Source of the DNA: Scenedesmus sp. PABB004
Lineage: Eukaryota
Direction: 5' to 3'
DNA: 64,000 nucleotides
NCBI GenBank assembly: GCA_014905635.1
Contig: JABVCE010000017.1
Location: forward strand, 434,001 to 498,000
Shown: piece by piece, positions 25,306-37,936 of the stretch
How the letters are laid out: the number at the start of each line of letters is the position of its first letter
Numbering within the stretch: position 1 is the first letter of the stretch
Notes under the pieces: model-generated
What the model was told of the DNA's origin: nothing
Database searches by the model: none
The model's input: the letters and a program-made list of their open reading frames with translations, nothing else
Program-made: the position numbers and the translations under genes

Positions 25306-26334
25306 CTCTGCCGGCTGCTGGAGGCGTCCGCCAGGAGCCTCCAGCAGGAGCCTCATGAGCAGGGCCGTATCGCAGGCTGCCCTGACCAAAGCCCGCGCAG
25401 TGTGCGACGCCATCGCCCGGCTCGGCCCCAGCCTGGCCGACGCGCCGGCGCTGACGGCGACCGGCGGCGGCGCGGGCCTGCTGCTGCAGCGCGAGGTGTC
25501 TGCCTGCCTGCTCACGGCCCTCAAGTGCGCAGCGGCGGGTGCGCCGCTCGCAGCGGCCGAGGCCGGCCGGCTTCAGCAGCTACGGGTCCTGGCGAGCGGG
25601 TGCCTGGCGGTGGTGCGCGCCGGCTGCGCCATCGGTGACGCTGTGGCGCATGCGCAGCCGGCAGCCGCGGCGGCCGCGGGCGGCCAGCTCGCGTACGAGC
25701 CGCCCGCGCTGTGGGCGGTGCTGGCGGCGCGCGGCCTGGCGGTGCTGGCGCAGCTGCTCGGCAAGGCGCTGGCGGCGCAGCCGGCGGTCGGTGCGGGCGC
25801 GCCAGTTGTCAGCGGCGAGCCTGGTGAGCTGGTGCTGCTGGCAGCTGCCGCCGCCGTGCTGGCGGCCCTGAGCAACACAGCGCCGCTGGGCCCGCGCCTG
25901 CGCGCGCTGGGCCCGCTGCCGGCAGACCCCTCGCGCACGGTCCTGGAGCGCCTGCTGGCGCAGCAGGACCAGCTGTGCACGGCGGCGGAGGAGCTGGCCG
26001 CGCAGCTGGACGACGACGTCCAGGCCGACGCAGCCGCCTGCGTCAGCATTCTGCAGGAGCGCGGCCCCGTGCTGGCCGTGCAGGCGCCGGAGCTGTGCGG
26101 CGCGGTGTGCGCCGCGCTGCCGCTGCGCGCGTGCAGCAACAACCGGGCTGCACAGCGCTGGCCGGCGCCCACAGCGAGCTGGCGGCGGTGCGCGGGCCGG
26201 CGTGCGTGTGCGGGGGGTGCGTCAAGTCGGCCGCGCCCGCATTTTTCTGCAGCCGCGCCTGCCAGGCGGCCGCGTGGCGCGCGCACAAGCCGGTGTGCCG
26301 CGCGCTGGCCGCTGCAGCGGGCGGCGCGCAGTGA
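25306..26334 (+). pseudogene. Truncated MYND gene (M3b): exon 3 only, fused to the spacer
   Basis: The spacer jumps at CCCAGCT/CTGCCGGCTG directly into exon-3 sequence (LCRLLEASAR); 1-nt frameshift at aacaaccggg near 26147; TGTAA at 26361. Confidence 0.75.
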
Positions 26335-26707
26335 GTGTTGGCTGCGACAGCCACGACGCTTGTAAGCGGCGTGGCGCCGGGCGCGCCGAGGACAGTTTGC
26401 GCTGCGTCGCGGTCCTCGACGCGAGGCGCCGGCCGGGCCCGGGGTCTGGCGGCGCGGCGGTGGCGCACCGTCGGGTCAACCCCCCTCAACCCCGTGAACG
26501 TGGCGCCGCAGCCCGCGCCAGCTGCGGCGACAGGGCACGCAGCACTGCTGCACGACAGCGGCGGCGCGTGCGCCCGGGTGTCGACAACCGCGGCGCACCG
26601 GCATGCGCCGCTGAGGCGGCCCATGGCGCGTCCGCAACGCGCTGGCCCGCGCCGGGCGGACGCGCCCGGGCGCCGCGCGGTTGGGAAAGCAGCCTGAGCA
26701 GCGCGCA

Positions 26708-28009
26708 ATGGACGAAGCGCCGCCGCTCGCGGGCGTCGCCACGCTCAAGGCTGGGCGCCTATTCAAGCGCAGTGAGTGCCGGGCCGTGCACCGGGCGGGT
26801 GCCGGGCGCGCCAGGGGGCCCAGCACGCGGCGGCGGGGCGCCGCTGCCGCCAACCGCTGTCGCCGGCGCGGCGCGCGCAGGCGACTACTGGAAGCAGTGG
26901 CAGGAGCGCTACTTCGTGGTGCTGGCGGGCGACACGCCGCGCATACAGTACTTCAGGGACCTCAGCGTGCGCCTGCGCGCGCGGGCGCGGGCGCGGGAGA
27001 CTGCGCGGCGAAGCTGCGGGCGCGCGTGCCGCCGCCGGCCGGCCCGGCGCCACGGGCAGCGGCCGCCGCCGGCCGCAGGTCGAGGATGTCACGCCGACCA
27101 AGGTCGAGTCGCTCGTCGGCGCGGAGGTCACGGTGCGCGGCGCGCACGGCGAAGCACGCTGCGGCGCCGCGCGTCGCACATCAATCTGCCTCGCCGCCGC
27201 CGCCTCGCTCCCTTCCTCTCTCTCTCTCGCTGTTTGTGTCTCTCGCGCGCAGGCCGTGTCCACGAGCGACAACGTATACCACTTCACGCTGCAGTTTGCG
27301 CCGCCGTACGTCGGCGGCCGCGGCCGCGCGTGGGTGCTCGGCGCGTGGACCAACGACCTGCGCCGCGAGTGGCTCGAGGCGATACTGAACGCCCGCCTGC
27401 CGGCCAGCCAGCAGGCGCGGCGGGCGAGGGGAGCGGCGGGGCGCGGCGGCGGGGCGCGGCGGGGGAGAGGCGGCGGCGGCGGGGCGCGCGCGCGGGCGTC
27501 CTGCGAGCCGCGCCCGCCGCACCCGCCGCCGCCCGCAGCTGTGGACCAACCCGCAGCGCTCGCCAGCGCCGGCCGGCGGCGCCGGGCGCTCGCCGCCCGG
27601 CACGCCGCCCAACGGCCTCGCGCAGCTGCTGCACCCGGCGACGGCGGCGGCCGCGGCGGCGGCGGCGGGCGCGGGGCCGGGCTCCGCGGCGGCCGCCGCT
27701 GCTCTCATGATGGGCGCGCCATGCAGCGAGCCCGCGTCGGCGGCCGTGGCGGCCGGGCTTGCGGTCGCTGCCGCGGCCGACGCGGCGGCGGCGAGCGGCG
27801 GCGCGCTCCGGCGCAGCGAGACCGGCGGCACGCTCGCCGGCAGCGAGTGCAGCGCACGCAGCGGCAGCGGCGTGTCGCCCGACCTGGCGTTTGCGGCCGC
27901 GCAGCCGCACCAACAGGGCCTCGGCGCGCCCCCTCACCGCCAGCAGCACCAGCGCAGCGTCAGCGACTTCAGCGACGCCGCGAGCCTCGCGAGCGGCCGC
28001 GGCAGCGGC

Positions 28010-28040
<31 letters not shown>

Positions 28041-28741
28041 CGGCGGCGAGCCCTGCCGCCGGCGGCGGCCAGCCCGCGGCAGGTGGGCGGGCGGGCCCGC
28101 GGGCGGGGCGGCGCCGGCGCCCGCGGGCGGCCGGGCCGCGCGCTCACGCCCGTCCGCGCGCTCGCGCCCGCGCACTCGCAGGCCTGGCGGCCGGCAGCCC
28201 GCCGAGCTTCAGCCGCACGCCGTCGTCGTCGCGCAGCGCGTGGGGCATGGTCCGCGGCCTGGTGGGCGCGGTGGCGAGCATGGCCATGGGCCCGCAGCAG
28301 CCGCCCGACTGGGACGCGCGGTGCGCTGGGCCCGCCGCCGCCGCCGCCGCGCCGCGCCCGCCCGGCCAGCGCCTCGGCGGGCCGCCCCGGCGGCGCGTGC
28401 CGCGGGCGCCGACCGCCCCGCCGTGGCCGCCGCAGGTCGCACGCGAGCGATCTGTCGTACACGGGGCAGGCCATGCCGGCGCTGCCGCCGCCGGCCGAGG
28501 CGCAGCCGCTCGGGCCCAACCAGGAGCCGCTTCTGGTGCTGCTCGCGGCGCTGCAGGGCGAGCAGCAGGGCCCCGGGCGGCCCGCGACGCCGCCGGCGGC
28601 CGCCGGGTCCGGCGCCCCGCGGCGGCGCGGCGGCGGCGGCGGCGGCGGCGGCGAAGGCGGCGGCGGCGGCGGCGGCGGCGAAGGCGGCGGCGAGCAGCAG
28701 CGCCAGCCGCAGGAGCAGCAGTCGCCGCCGCCGCAGCAGCC

Positions 28742-28774
<33 letters not shown>

Positions 28775-31700
28775 GGGCGTCAGCGGCGGCAAGGGCGTCG
28801 CACTGGTCGAGTACATGACTGAATCCTACGAGCGCGCAGCGCAGTACGCACACAAGTCGGGGCTCGCCAGCCAGGACGCGCAGCTCGCCGCGCTCGAGGT
28901 GCGGCGGCGGTGGCCGGGTCGCGGGAGAGCGCAGGCGCGCGCTGACGCCGCGGCCGCCGCCCGCAGAACTGGGTCGGCGCGATGGAGGCGCAGGCGCGTG
29001 CCGCGAGCGGCGGCGGTGGCGGCGGCCCGGTCGACGCGGGTGCGGCGGCCGCCGCCGCGCAGCCTCCGCCGCGACCGCCGCCGTGCAGCAGCGCCCGCGC
29101 CCACGCGCGCGCCCGCGCGCGCAGGCGTGCTGGCGGCGCGGGCGCTGTATGTGATGGAGCTGACGCGCCGCGAGCCGCGCTGGGCGGACTGGAATGACGA
29201 CGAGGCCGACCACAGCCTCGCGAGCCCGCAGGCGCGGCGCGCTGACGGCGCGGCGCGCCGACGGCGCGGCGTGCAGCGCGGCGCGGCGCGCGCCGCGCCG
29301 CGCGCGCCGGCGCTCACGCGCGGGCCGCCGCCCGCACCGACCCGCGCCGCAGGCGACCGTGGCCAAGCTGTCGGCGGGGCCGACCCAGGCGGTGCTGGAG
29401 AGCGTGAAGGATTCGCTGACCTACGCGACGGACGCGTGGCTCCGCCTCTTCACCAGCCTCGGCGGCGTCGGCGTGCTGGTCGACGCCCTCGCCCAGCACG
29501 CCGCCGCGTGCCGCGCGCAGCAGGCGGCCGCGGCCGCGGCCGCGGCGGCGGCGCCGCTCGGCGCGCTCGGCCGCGGCGGCGGCGGCAGCGCGGCGAGCCT
29601 GCCGGGCGGCGGCGGCGGCGCGGGCACGCCGGGGCGGCCGGCGCCGGCGGCGGGCCTGGAGCGCCCCGCGGCGGCGGACGCGCTCGCGGCGGCGCAAGAG
29701 TGCGTGCAGGCGCTGATGGCGCACGCGGCCGGCACGGAGCAGCTGCTGAGCGAGCACCCGAGGTGCGCCTGCGTTCGCGCGCGCCGCGGCCCCCACGCGC
29801 CGCAGCGCGCGGCCGCTGCGCCTGCACAGCCCGCCGCCGCAGCCGACGCCCGCCGCGCGCGTGGTGCCTCGCAGGGTGCTGCAGCTGCTGTGCCTCTCCC
29901 TCACCTGCCAAGACCAAGAGGACGCCAAGCTGCCGCTGCGACTGCTGCAGCAGCTGCTCGCAGCGGGGAGCGCAGCGGCGGCCACCGCGGCCGCCGCGGC
30001 CGCCGCGGCAGACGGCGGCAGCGACGCCGCAGGCAGCGACCGCGACGCCGGCGGCGAGGGCGGCGTGGGCGGCCGGCAGGCCGGCGGCGCTGAAAAGAGC
30101 GAAACGCCGGCGGCAGGCCTGGACGGCCAGGCCGTGCAGCTGCTGCTGCTGCTCTCGCTGCTCGGCCTGGAGCTGCGGCTGCCGGCGGCCCGGCCCGCGG
30201 CGCTGCGCTGCGCGCCGCCGCCGACGGCGTCCGACGCCGGCAGCGGCGGCGACGCCTCACCCTCGGCGGCGGCGGCGGCGCACGAGGAGGCGGCGCAGCT
30301 CGCCGAGGCGGCCGCGGCGGCGCTCGCGCCGCCGGGGCCCGCGCGCGGCGGCGCGTCCGCGGTGCCCGCGCTCGTCGGCCTGCTGCAGTGCGGCGAGGAC
30401 GAGGCGCCGGACGTCGACCTCACCTCCCTGGTCGTCGACCTGCTCGCCGCCGTCGTCGCGCTCTCGCCGCCCGGCGACGGCGGCGCGCACGGCGAGCTCG
30501 GGCCGCTGCTGCAGCTGCTCTGCAACCGGTGCGGCGCGCGCGCGCGCCCGGGGCCACGCCGCCGCCGCCCCGCCGCCGCCCGCGCGCGCACCCAAGCCAA
30601 CCGCGCCGCCGCCGCCGCTGTCGCCGCCCCCACAAGGTTTGCCGGCGAGCTGGTGAACGCGCTGCTGATTGAGACGGTCGCCGACCTGTCGGAGCACGAG
30701 CTCGGCGACGTCGGCGGCCGGCTGCGGCCGCTGAAGGATGCTGTCATGAACGAGCTCGGCCGCGACGGGCCGGCGGGTGCGGGCGGCGCCCACGGCGCCC
30801 TGGGCCTGGGACGGCCGCGCGGGGCGGGCGTGGGGCGGGCGGGCCGGCGCGGTGTTTTGGGGCGAGACCCTGACGGCGTGCCGCCGCCGCCGCCGCCGTC
30901 GCGGCCGCCGCCGCAGACACGCCCGAGGCGTGGGCCGCCGCGTGGGCGGCCGCGGTGCTCGCGCTGGAGCGGCAGCAGGCGCTGCGCGCGGCGGCGGAGC
31001 AGCGCGCGCGGGAGCTCGAGGCGGCGCGCGCGCAGCGCAAGGCGCGGCGGCGGCAGCGCCGGCAGCGCCGCGAGCGGCAGCTGGCGCAGCAGCTCGCCGG
31101 CCAGCCGCTGGAGCTGGGCCCGCTGGAGCAGCAGGCGCCCGGCGAGGCGCCGCGGCCACAAGAGGGCGGGGAGGAGGCGGCGCAGGACGAGGAGGACGGC
31201 GAGGGGTCGTCAGACACAGGGTCCGAGGGGACCGAGTCTGAGGCTGAGACCGAGGAAGAGCCAGTGGACGAGGCGGCTGGCGACGCGCGCGCCGCTGCAG
31301 CAGCAGCGGCGCCGGTCCAGCCGCAGCAGCCGGCCGGCGCGGAGCCGGCAGCAGCGGCCGGCGAGCCGGCGGCGTCCCTGCAGCAGCGGGCGCTGCCAGC
31401 GGCGGCCGCGCGCCAGGGGGCGGCGGCCGCTGCAGGCGCAGCGGCAGCCGGCCCCGGCCCCGCGCAGCCGCCGCCCGCGCCGCCACTGCCCAGCGGGGCG
31501 GCCGCGGAAGGCGCCGCGGCGCAGGACGCGCACGCGGGCGCCGCAGCGGCGGCGGCGGCGGCCGCGGGCCCCTGGCCGCCGCTGGCGGCGCAGGTGCCAG
31601 GGCACAGCAGCAGCGAACCTGGCCACGAGGTGGTATGCGCTGCAGCAGCAGCGTGGCCGCCACACGTGGCAGACGCCAGCGATGGAGCAGCAGCAGCAGC

Positions 31701-33088
31701 CGCAGCGGTGGCGGCGGCGGCGGCAGCAGGCGCCACGCCCGGGGCGCCAGCGGCGCCGCGGCCACCGCCGCCGCCGCCGCCGCTGCCGGGGCAGCCACCG
31801 GCAGCGCCGCGGCCACCGCCGCCGCCCCCGCCGCTGCCGGGGCAGCCACCAGCAGCGCCGCGGCCGCCGCCGCCGCCGCCGCCGCTACCAGGGCAGCCAG
31901 CGGCAGCGCCGCGGCCGCCGCCGCCGCCGCCACCGCTGCCAGGGCAGCCCGGGCCGCGGCCGCCGCCTCCGCCGCCGCCGCTGCCGGGTGAGTTGTGCTG
32001 CTGCTGGGGTGCGCTGCGGCTGCCTGGTGCTCGTGTCCGCTGCACTCACTCTCTGCCTGCCGCGCAGGCGCGCCGCGGCCGCCGCCGCCGCTTCCGGGCG
32101 CGCCGCGGCCGCCGCCGCCGCTTCCGGGCGCGCCGCGGCCGCCGCCGCCGCTTCCGGGCGCGCCGCGGCCGCCGCCGCCGCTTCCGGGCGCGCCGCGGCC
32201 GCCGCCGCCGCTTCCGGGCGCGCCGCGGCCGCCGCCGCCGCTTCCGGGCGCGCCGCGGCCGCCGCCGCCGCTGCCGGGCGCGCCGCGGCCGCCGCCGCCG
32301 CTTCCGGGCGGGCCGCGGCCGCCGCCGCCGCTCCCAGGTGGGGCCGGCGCCGCGCGGCCGGCGCGCCCGCCCGCCCCCTGCGCACCCCGCGACCGCCCGC
32401 GCCCGCCCGCGCCCGCCCGCGCGCAGGCGGCCCGCGCCCGCCGCCGCCGCCCGGCGGGCCGCGCCCGCCCGGCTACCGGCCGCCGTATGGCGCCGGCTTC
32501 GGGTCCATCCATGGCACGCCGCAGTACGGCGCCGCCGTCGCGGTGCCGGCGCCCAAGCGCAAGGCGCGGCGGCGCCGCCTGCGCGCGCCCGCCGCGCCGC
32601 GCGGCCCTCCCTCCCTCTCTCTCTCCTTTTCTCTCTTTTGCGTCTCATTGACTCCACACCACCACCAAACCCTAAAACCCTGCCCCGCCGCCCGTGCCCA
32701 AAACCCTGTTCAACCGAAACCCTTTGCCCCCCCCCCAAAACCCTCCCCCCGCGCCACAGACCAAGAGCCTCTTCTGGGACAAGATCCCCGATGCCCGGCT
32801 GCCGGGGTCGCTGTGGGAGGGCTTTGCCGCGGCCGACTGGCTCGACTTTGACGCGCTCGAGGAGGCGTTCCAGCAGGTGCGCACTGCGTTGCTTTGTGTG
32901 TCACTGTTGTTGTCATTTCGTGTTTTTAGGGTCAAGGACGTTGCGTCGCGCCGCGGCTGCACCCCGCCGCCGCCGACCCGCCCGCCGGCCGGCCGCGGCC
33001 CGTCCCTGCTCGCCCCGTGCCGCCGCGTGCAGGTCGTGCGCACCAAGGCGGCCGACCGGGGGCCGTCCGCGGCGCCCAAGCAGGCGCG

Positions 33089-33120
<32 letters not shown>

Positions 33121-36100
33121 CCGCCGCGCCCGCACCTCTGCGCCTCCTCACACGCCCGTCCCGCTCCCCTCACTCTCACTCTCACTCCCTCGCCCCGCCC
33201 AGGTCACGCTGCTCGACCTCAAGCGCTGCACCGCGATCGGCATCCGCATGGCGCGGCTCAAGGCGCGTGCCCTAAGCCCTAAACCGCGCCGCCGCCGCGC
33301 CGCCGCCGCCGCCGCCGCCCCCACGCGTCGCTTACGCCTCAACCCCCGCGCCGCTGCCGCGCGCGCCAGGTGCCGTGGCCCGAGGTCGGCGCAGCGATCC
33401 TCTCGCTCGACGGCGCCGCGCTCGGCAGCGCGGAGGACGTGGCGACGGTCGTGCAGTGCCTGCCCACGCCCGACGAGCGCACCACGCTCGAGGTGACAGC
33501 GCGCGCGCGCGCGCGCTGCGGGGCGCTGCTGCGGCCGCCGCCGGCCCGCGGCCTCTCTCCAACCACACTGGCGCGATGCCCACGGGAACCCTAACTAAGC
33601 CCTTCCGCGCCCCGCCCCGCCCCGCCGCACCCGCGCCGCCTGCGGCAGGCGTACGCCGCGTCGGGGCGGCCGCCCGAGGCGCTGAGCGAGGCGGAGCGGT
33701 TTGCCATGTCCCTCATGGCCGTCCCCGCGCCGCGCCGCGCCTGCGCGCGGTCGGGCAGCGCTTCGCCGCGGCCGAGCGGGCGGCCGAGGCGGCGGCCGTG
33801 TTCCAGGCGCGCGGCGCGGCGCGCATCGCAGCGCAGCGCAGCGCAGCGCAGCGCAGCGCAGCGCAGCGCAGCGCAGCGCAGCGCAGCGCAGCGCAGCGCA
33901 GCGCAGCGCAGCGCGCCTGCCCCGCGCCCACCCCCGCGCCTCCGCCCGCGCCGCCGCGCGCGCCGCCGCGCCGCCGCAGGCGCACATCGCCGCGTGCAAG
34001 GAGCTGCGCGGCAGCGGCACGCTGCGCGCGCTCCTCGCGGCGACGCTCGCGGCGGGCAACTTTCTGAACCACGGCTCCCGCCTCGGCAACGCGCCGGGGT
34101 TTAGGCTCAAGGGGCTCAACAAGCTCCACGACAGCCGCTCCCTGGACGGCAAGTCGACCATGCTCCAGGTGCGCGCGGGCGCCGCGGGGCTGCGTGGGGC
34201 TGCGTGGGGCTGCGTGTCGTGTGTGCGTGCGGCCGCGTGCGGGGAAGCTAGCGGCGCCTCGGGCACCCAACCGCCGCCCGCCGCGCGCCGCGCGCGCGCC
34301 GCGGCGCCCCAGGCGCTCGCGCGGCAGCTGCTCGAGCGCGGCGGCGACGGCGTGGCGGTGCTCGCGGAGGAGCTGCCGCACGTGGCGAGCCCCAAGCTCA
34401 AGATCAGCTGGCAGGAGGCGGCCGACATGCTCACGGCGGTGCGCCGCGCCGCCAGCCGGGTCGCGCCGCGCCGCCAGCCGCGCGTGCAGCGCGGGCGCGG
34501 CGCGCGCTGCGGGTCCGGGCGCCGCGCACGCACGCGCGAGCTGCGGCTGCCGACGCCGCCGACGTGCCGCGCGCCGCGGCGCAGGTTGAGGCGGCGGCGG
34601 CCTCGATCGCCGGCGAGCTGGAGCAGGCGGAGGACGGCGTGAAGCTGGTGCTGACGGTTCAGAAGCCCCAGCCGCCCGGCGGCGACGGCGGGCGCAGCCC
34701 CGCGCGGCCGGGCAGCGCCGGCGGCGGCCGCGGCCCGCCCGCGCGCGCGGGCGGCGGCGCCGGCGGCGCCGGCAGCCGCGCGGCGAGCCCCGCGCGCGGC
34801 GCCGGCAGCGACGACGGGTCCGCGGCGCCGCCCGCCGGCGCGCCCGCCGGCGCCGGCGACGCGGCCGGCGCCAGCGAGGCGGCCGCCGGCGGTGGCGAGG
34901 CCGGCGGTGAGGCGGGGGGCTGCGGCGCCGCGCCGCTGGTGGCCGTGCGCATCGTGGTGGACAACTTTCAGCCCGTCATGGCCAAGGTGGGTTTAGGGTT
35001 TTGAATCACCGTTTGAATCGCATTTGAACGCCGTTTGAATCGCTGCTGCCTGCACCGGGCGCCGCACGGCCTGCGCCGCGGCCCGCACGTTGCGGCTCCC
35101 GAGCCCTGCGCCGCGCTGCGTGCCGCGCCGCGCCGCCCCGCGCGCCGCGCCGCAGGTGCTGTCCAGCATCAAGGGCCGGCAGGCGGAGCTCGACCTGCTG
35201 CGCGACCGCGCCGCGTCGGCGTGGGAGGGGCTGCTGCGGCACTTTGGCGAGACGCGGCAGTCGTGCCCGGCCGACACCGAGTTCTGGGCAGACATCTCGG
35301 TGAGCCCTTGCGGTTCAAAGACGCTGGACCTGCGGTTCAAAACCCAAGGGTGCACGCCTTGGGTTTTGCGGCTTTGTTGACCTGTGGGTGTTTCGCCAAA
35401 CCCCGCCGCTGCGCCCCGCCGCTGCGCGTTGCCCGTCTGTCGCCGCAGCTCTTCGTCGAGCGCTTCAGCGCCGCGCAGAAGGCGGTCCTGCAGGAGGACC
35501 GCGACGCCGCGGAGCGCAAGCAGCGCCTCGCGCGCGCCGAGGCCAAGAAGGCCGCCGCCGAGGCCGCCAAGAAGGCGCGTGGGCGGGGGTTGGGGCAGCA
35601 TGCGGGCCCGCGCGCAGAGGCGGAGGCGGCAGAGGCAGGCTCACGCCCGCTGCCGCCGCCGCGCCGCCCACCATGCTCTGCAGGCCTCGGCGCTCGCGGC
35701 GAGCGGCAGCCGCAAGCGCCTCGCGGGGCTGTCGGACGCGGCGCTGCAGCAGCAGGGCAGCGCCGGCAGCGGCGGCGGCACGCCCGACCACTCGGGCGAC
35801 GGCAGCGCCGCGACCCCCGGCGGCCCGCTGCTCGGCAATGGCCTCATGGCCCTTGCGCAGCAGCGCGTCGCGAGCAGCGCCAGCCAGCCGCCCGCCGGCG
35901 CCGGCGCGGGCGCCGCCTCGCCCGTGACGCCGCCGGGGCCGCGCCGCCCCGGGCCTGCGTCGCCGGCGGCCGCCGCGCCGCCGGACGGGCGGCAGCAGCA
36001 GCAGCAGCAGCAGGGCTCGCCGGCGGGCTTTGGCAGCCCCGTCACGCCGGTCGGCCCGGGGCAGCAGCAGCAGCAGCAGCGCGCGCCGCCGCCGCCGCCG

Positions 36101-36261
36101 CCGGGGCTGGCGGGGCTGCCGCCGAAGCGGCTGCCGCTGGAGGACGGCCCTGTGAAGCTCGGCGCCGCCGGCGCCGCCGCCGGCCTGGCGCACCAGCCGA
36201 CCTTCGATGCGGTGCAGGGCGTGGCGGCGGCGGCGGCGGCTGGGGGCGGCGGCGGCGTCAT

Positions 36262-36295
<34 letters not shown>

Positions 36296-36747
36296 CCGGG
36301 CTTTGCAGGCTTCCGGCCAGCGTCGTCGCTGCCCGCTAGCCCCGGCGGCACTCCGGGCGGCGCCGACAGCCCCGCGAGCGACACGCCGTCGCCGGTCGGG
36401 TCGCACGCGGGCGCCGGCGCGGCGCTGGCCAGCCCCCGCAGCGCCGGCAGCGGCCTGCTTCCGGCGCGGCGCTACCAGCGCAGCGCGAGCCTCGCCGCCG
36501 CGGCCCCGCCGGCGACGCGTCGCCCGCCGCCGCCGGCGCGTCGCCGCAGCGTGGCGCCGCCGGCCGCGCGCCGCCCAGCCCCGGGCGCGGCCTGGGCGGC
36601 GGCCGCGCGTCGTTGCGCGCCGCGGCGCCGCCGGGAGGCGGCGGCGGCGCGTGGGACGACGCCGCGATCGCCGCCGCGGTGAGCCGCGTGGTCAAGCGGC
36701 TGGTGGATGATGCGGTCGTCAGCGAGGCACGCAGCCAGTGGCATTAG
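26708..36747 (+). CDS. Formin: PH domain, FH3/DID-like helical region, FH1, FH2 (more than 20 exons)
   Basis: PH: KAGRLFKR..YWKQWQERYFVV...LRREWLEAI. FH1 polyproline repeats at 31740-32340. FH2: TKSLFWDKIP, LLDLKRCTAIGI, AGNFLNHGSRLGNAPGFRLKGLNKLHDSRS. Stop either 36682 or 36747 (apparent frameshift near the 3' end). Confidence 0.85.
32068..32340 (+). repeat. 30-bp coding tandem repeat (about 9 units) encoding GAPRPPPPLP of the formin FH1
   Basis: gcgccgcggccgccgccgccgcttccgggc repeated nearly perfectly. Confidence 0.95.
33827..33914. repeat. (GCGCA)n pentanucleotide microsatellite in a formin intron
   Basis: About 17 perfect units. Confidence 0.95.
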
Positions 36748-37055
36748 CGGCGTTCAGGGCGCGTAGGCGCGCGAGGCAGGCGGGGCGGCGCAGCGGGCTG
36801 CGGGGTGGGGCCGGTGGGTGGGGCGGTCGGGAGGGGCTGCCGCGTGATCCGGCCGGCGCGGGCGGGGGACGGGGGACGGGGCGGCAAACGGGCACACGAA
36901 CAGTTCCAGGCGCGGCGCCCGCAGAGGGCGGGCGCGCCCCCGGAGCGCGCCGCGCGCGTGTCTCAGTGCGCGGCGCGGCGCGCGCAGCCGCGGCGGTAAC
37001 ACTGCCGCCGGCCGACCCGCCGCGCTGCCCGCGCGCCCAAGCCCCGCGTGCGCGC

Positions 37056-37936
37056 TCACAGCTGCTGGCGCTCGCGGCGCGAGCGGCGCTCATCGTCGCG
37101 GCGGCTGGGGCCGTCGCGGTCGGCGCGGCCGATGCGGCTCGCGTCGCGGTCGCGCAGGCTGTCGCGGGCGTCGCGGTCGCCGGCGCGGACCGCCACGACG
37201 CCGCCGCTGCCGCGGCCGCCGCGCACCGCCGGCGGCGCCGCGAGCGAGGCGCGCGGCACATTGCGCAGCTCCTCGGGCCAGGTCGCGTCGGTGGCAAACC
37301 GTGCGCTGCGGCGCGGCGGGGGCGGGCGCGGGCGCGGTGGGGTGCGCGCTGCGGCCGGCGCGAGCGCGCGCCGCGCGGCGGCGGCGGCGGGCAGAGCGCG
37401 CACACCTCTCGCGCCTGCTGCCGCCGCCGCCGCCGCCGTCGCCGCCGCCGCCGCCGCCGCGGGAGAAGGGGTTGCGGCTGAACCAGGTGCCGACGCTCTT
37501 GAAGAAGCCCGCCGTCTCCTCGCCCAGGGACTTGGCCGCGCCCGCGGTTTCGCGGCCAAAGTCCGAAAACGTGCGCCCGACCGCGCTGACAAAGCCCGGC
37601 GCGCCCGCCGCGACGCCGACCGCGCCGCCTGGCGCCTGCTGGAGCTTCCGCGTCACGCCCGCGTCGGCTGCGGCGGGCGAGCCGTGCGGGTGGCGTGGCG
37701 CATTGGGTCAGCTGAGGGAGGCGGGAGAAAACCCAGCAGGAGGCGGGAGAAAACCCAGTGCTGGTCAGCTGCTGCAGCAGCCAGGCCTGGCAGCAGCAGT
37801 CCCGCCGCCGCAGCCCACACGCTGCGCGCGGGGCCTCACCGCCGTCGCGAATGGACGTATCTGCCTTGGCAAGTGCTCCATGCGCCAGCAGCGCTGCGAG
37901 GGCGAAACAAGCGAGGAGCGCGAGCCCGCGCGCCAT
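37056..37936 (-). CDS. Small putative secreted protein of unknown function (3 exons)
   Basis: Signal peptide MARGLALLACFALAALLAHGALA; exon 2 VTRKLQQ...FSDFGRETAGAAKSLGEETAGFFKSVGTWF; R/D-rich exon 3; GT-AG boundaries. Confidence 0.6.

Noticed and set aside
32068..32340. Regular 30-bp repeats as a possible CRISPR array
   Set aside because: No spacers; they encode the formin FH1 polyproline tract, and the DNA is eukaryotic.
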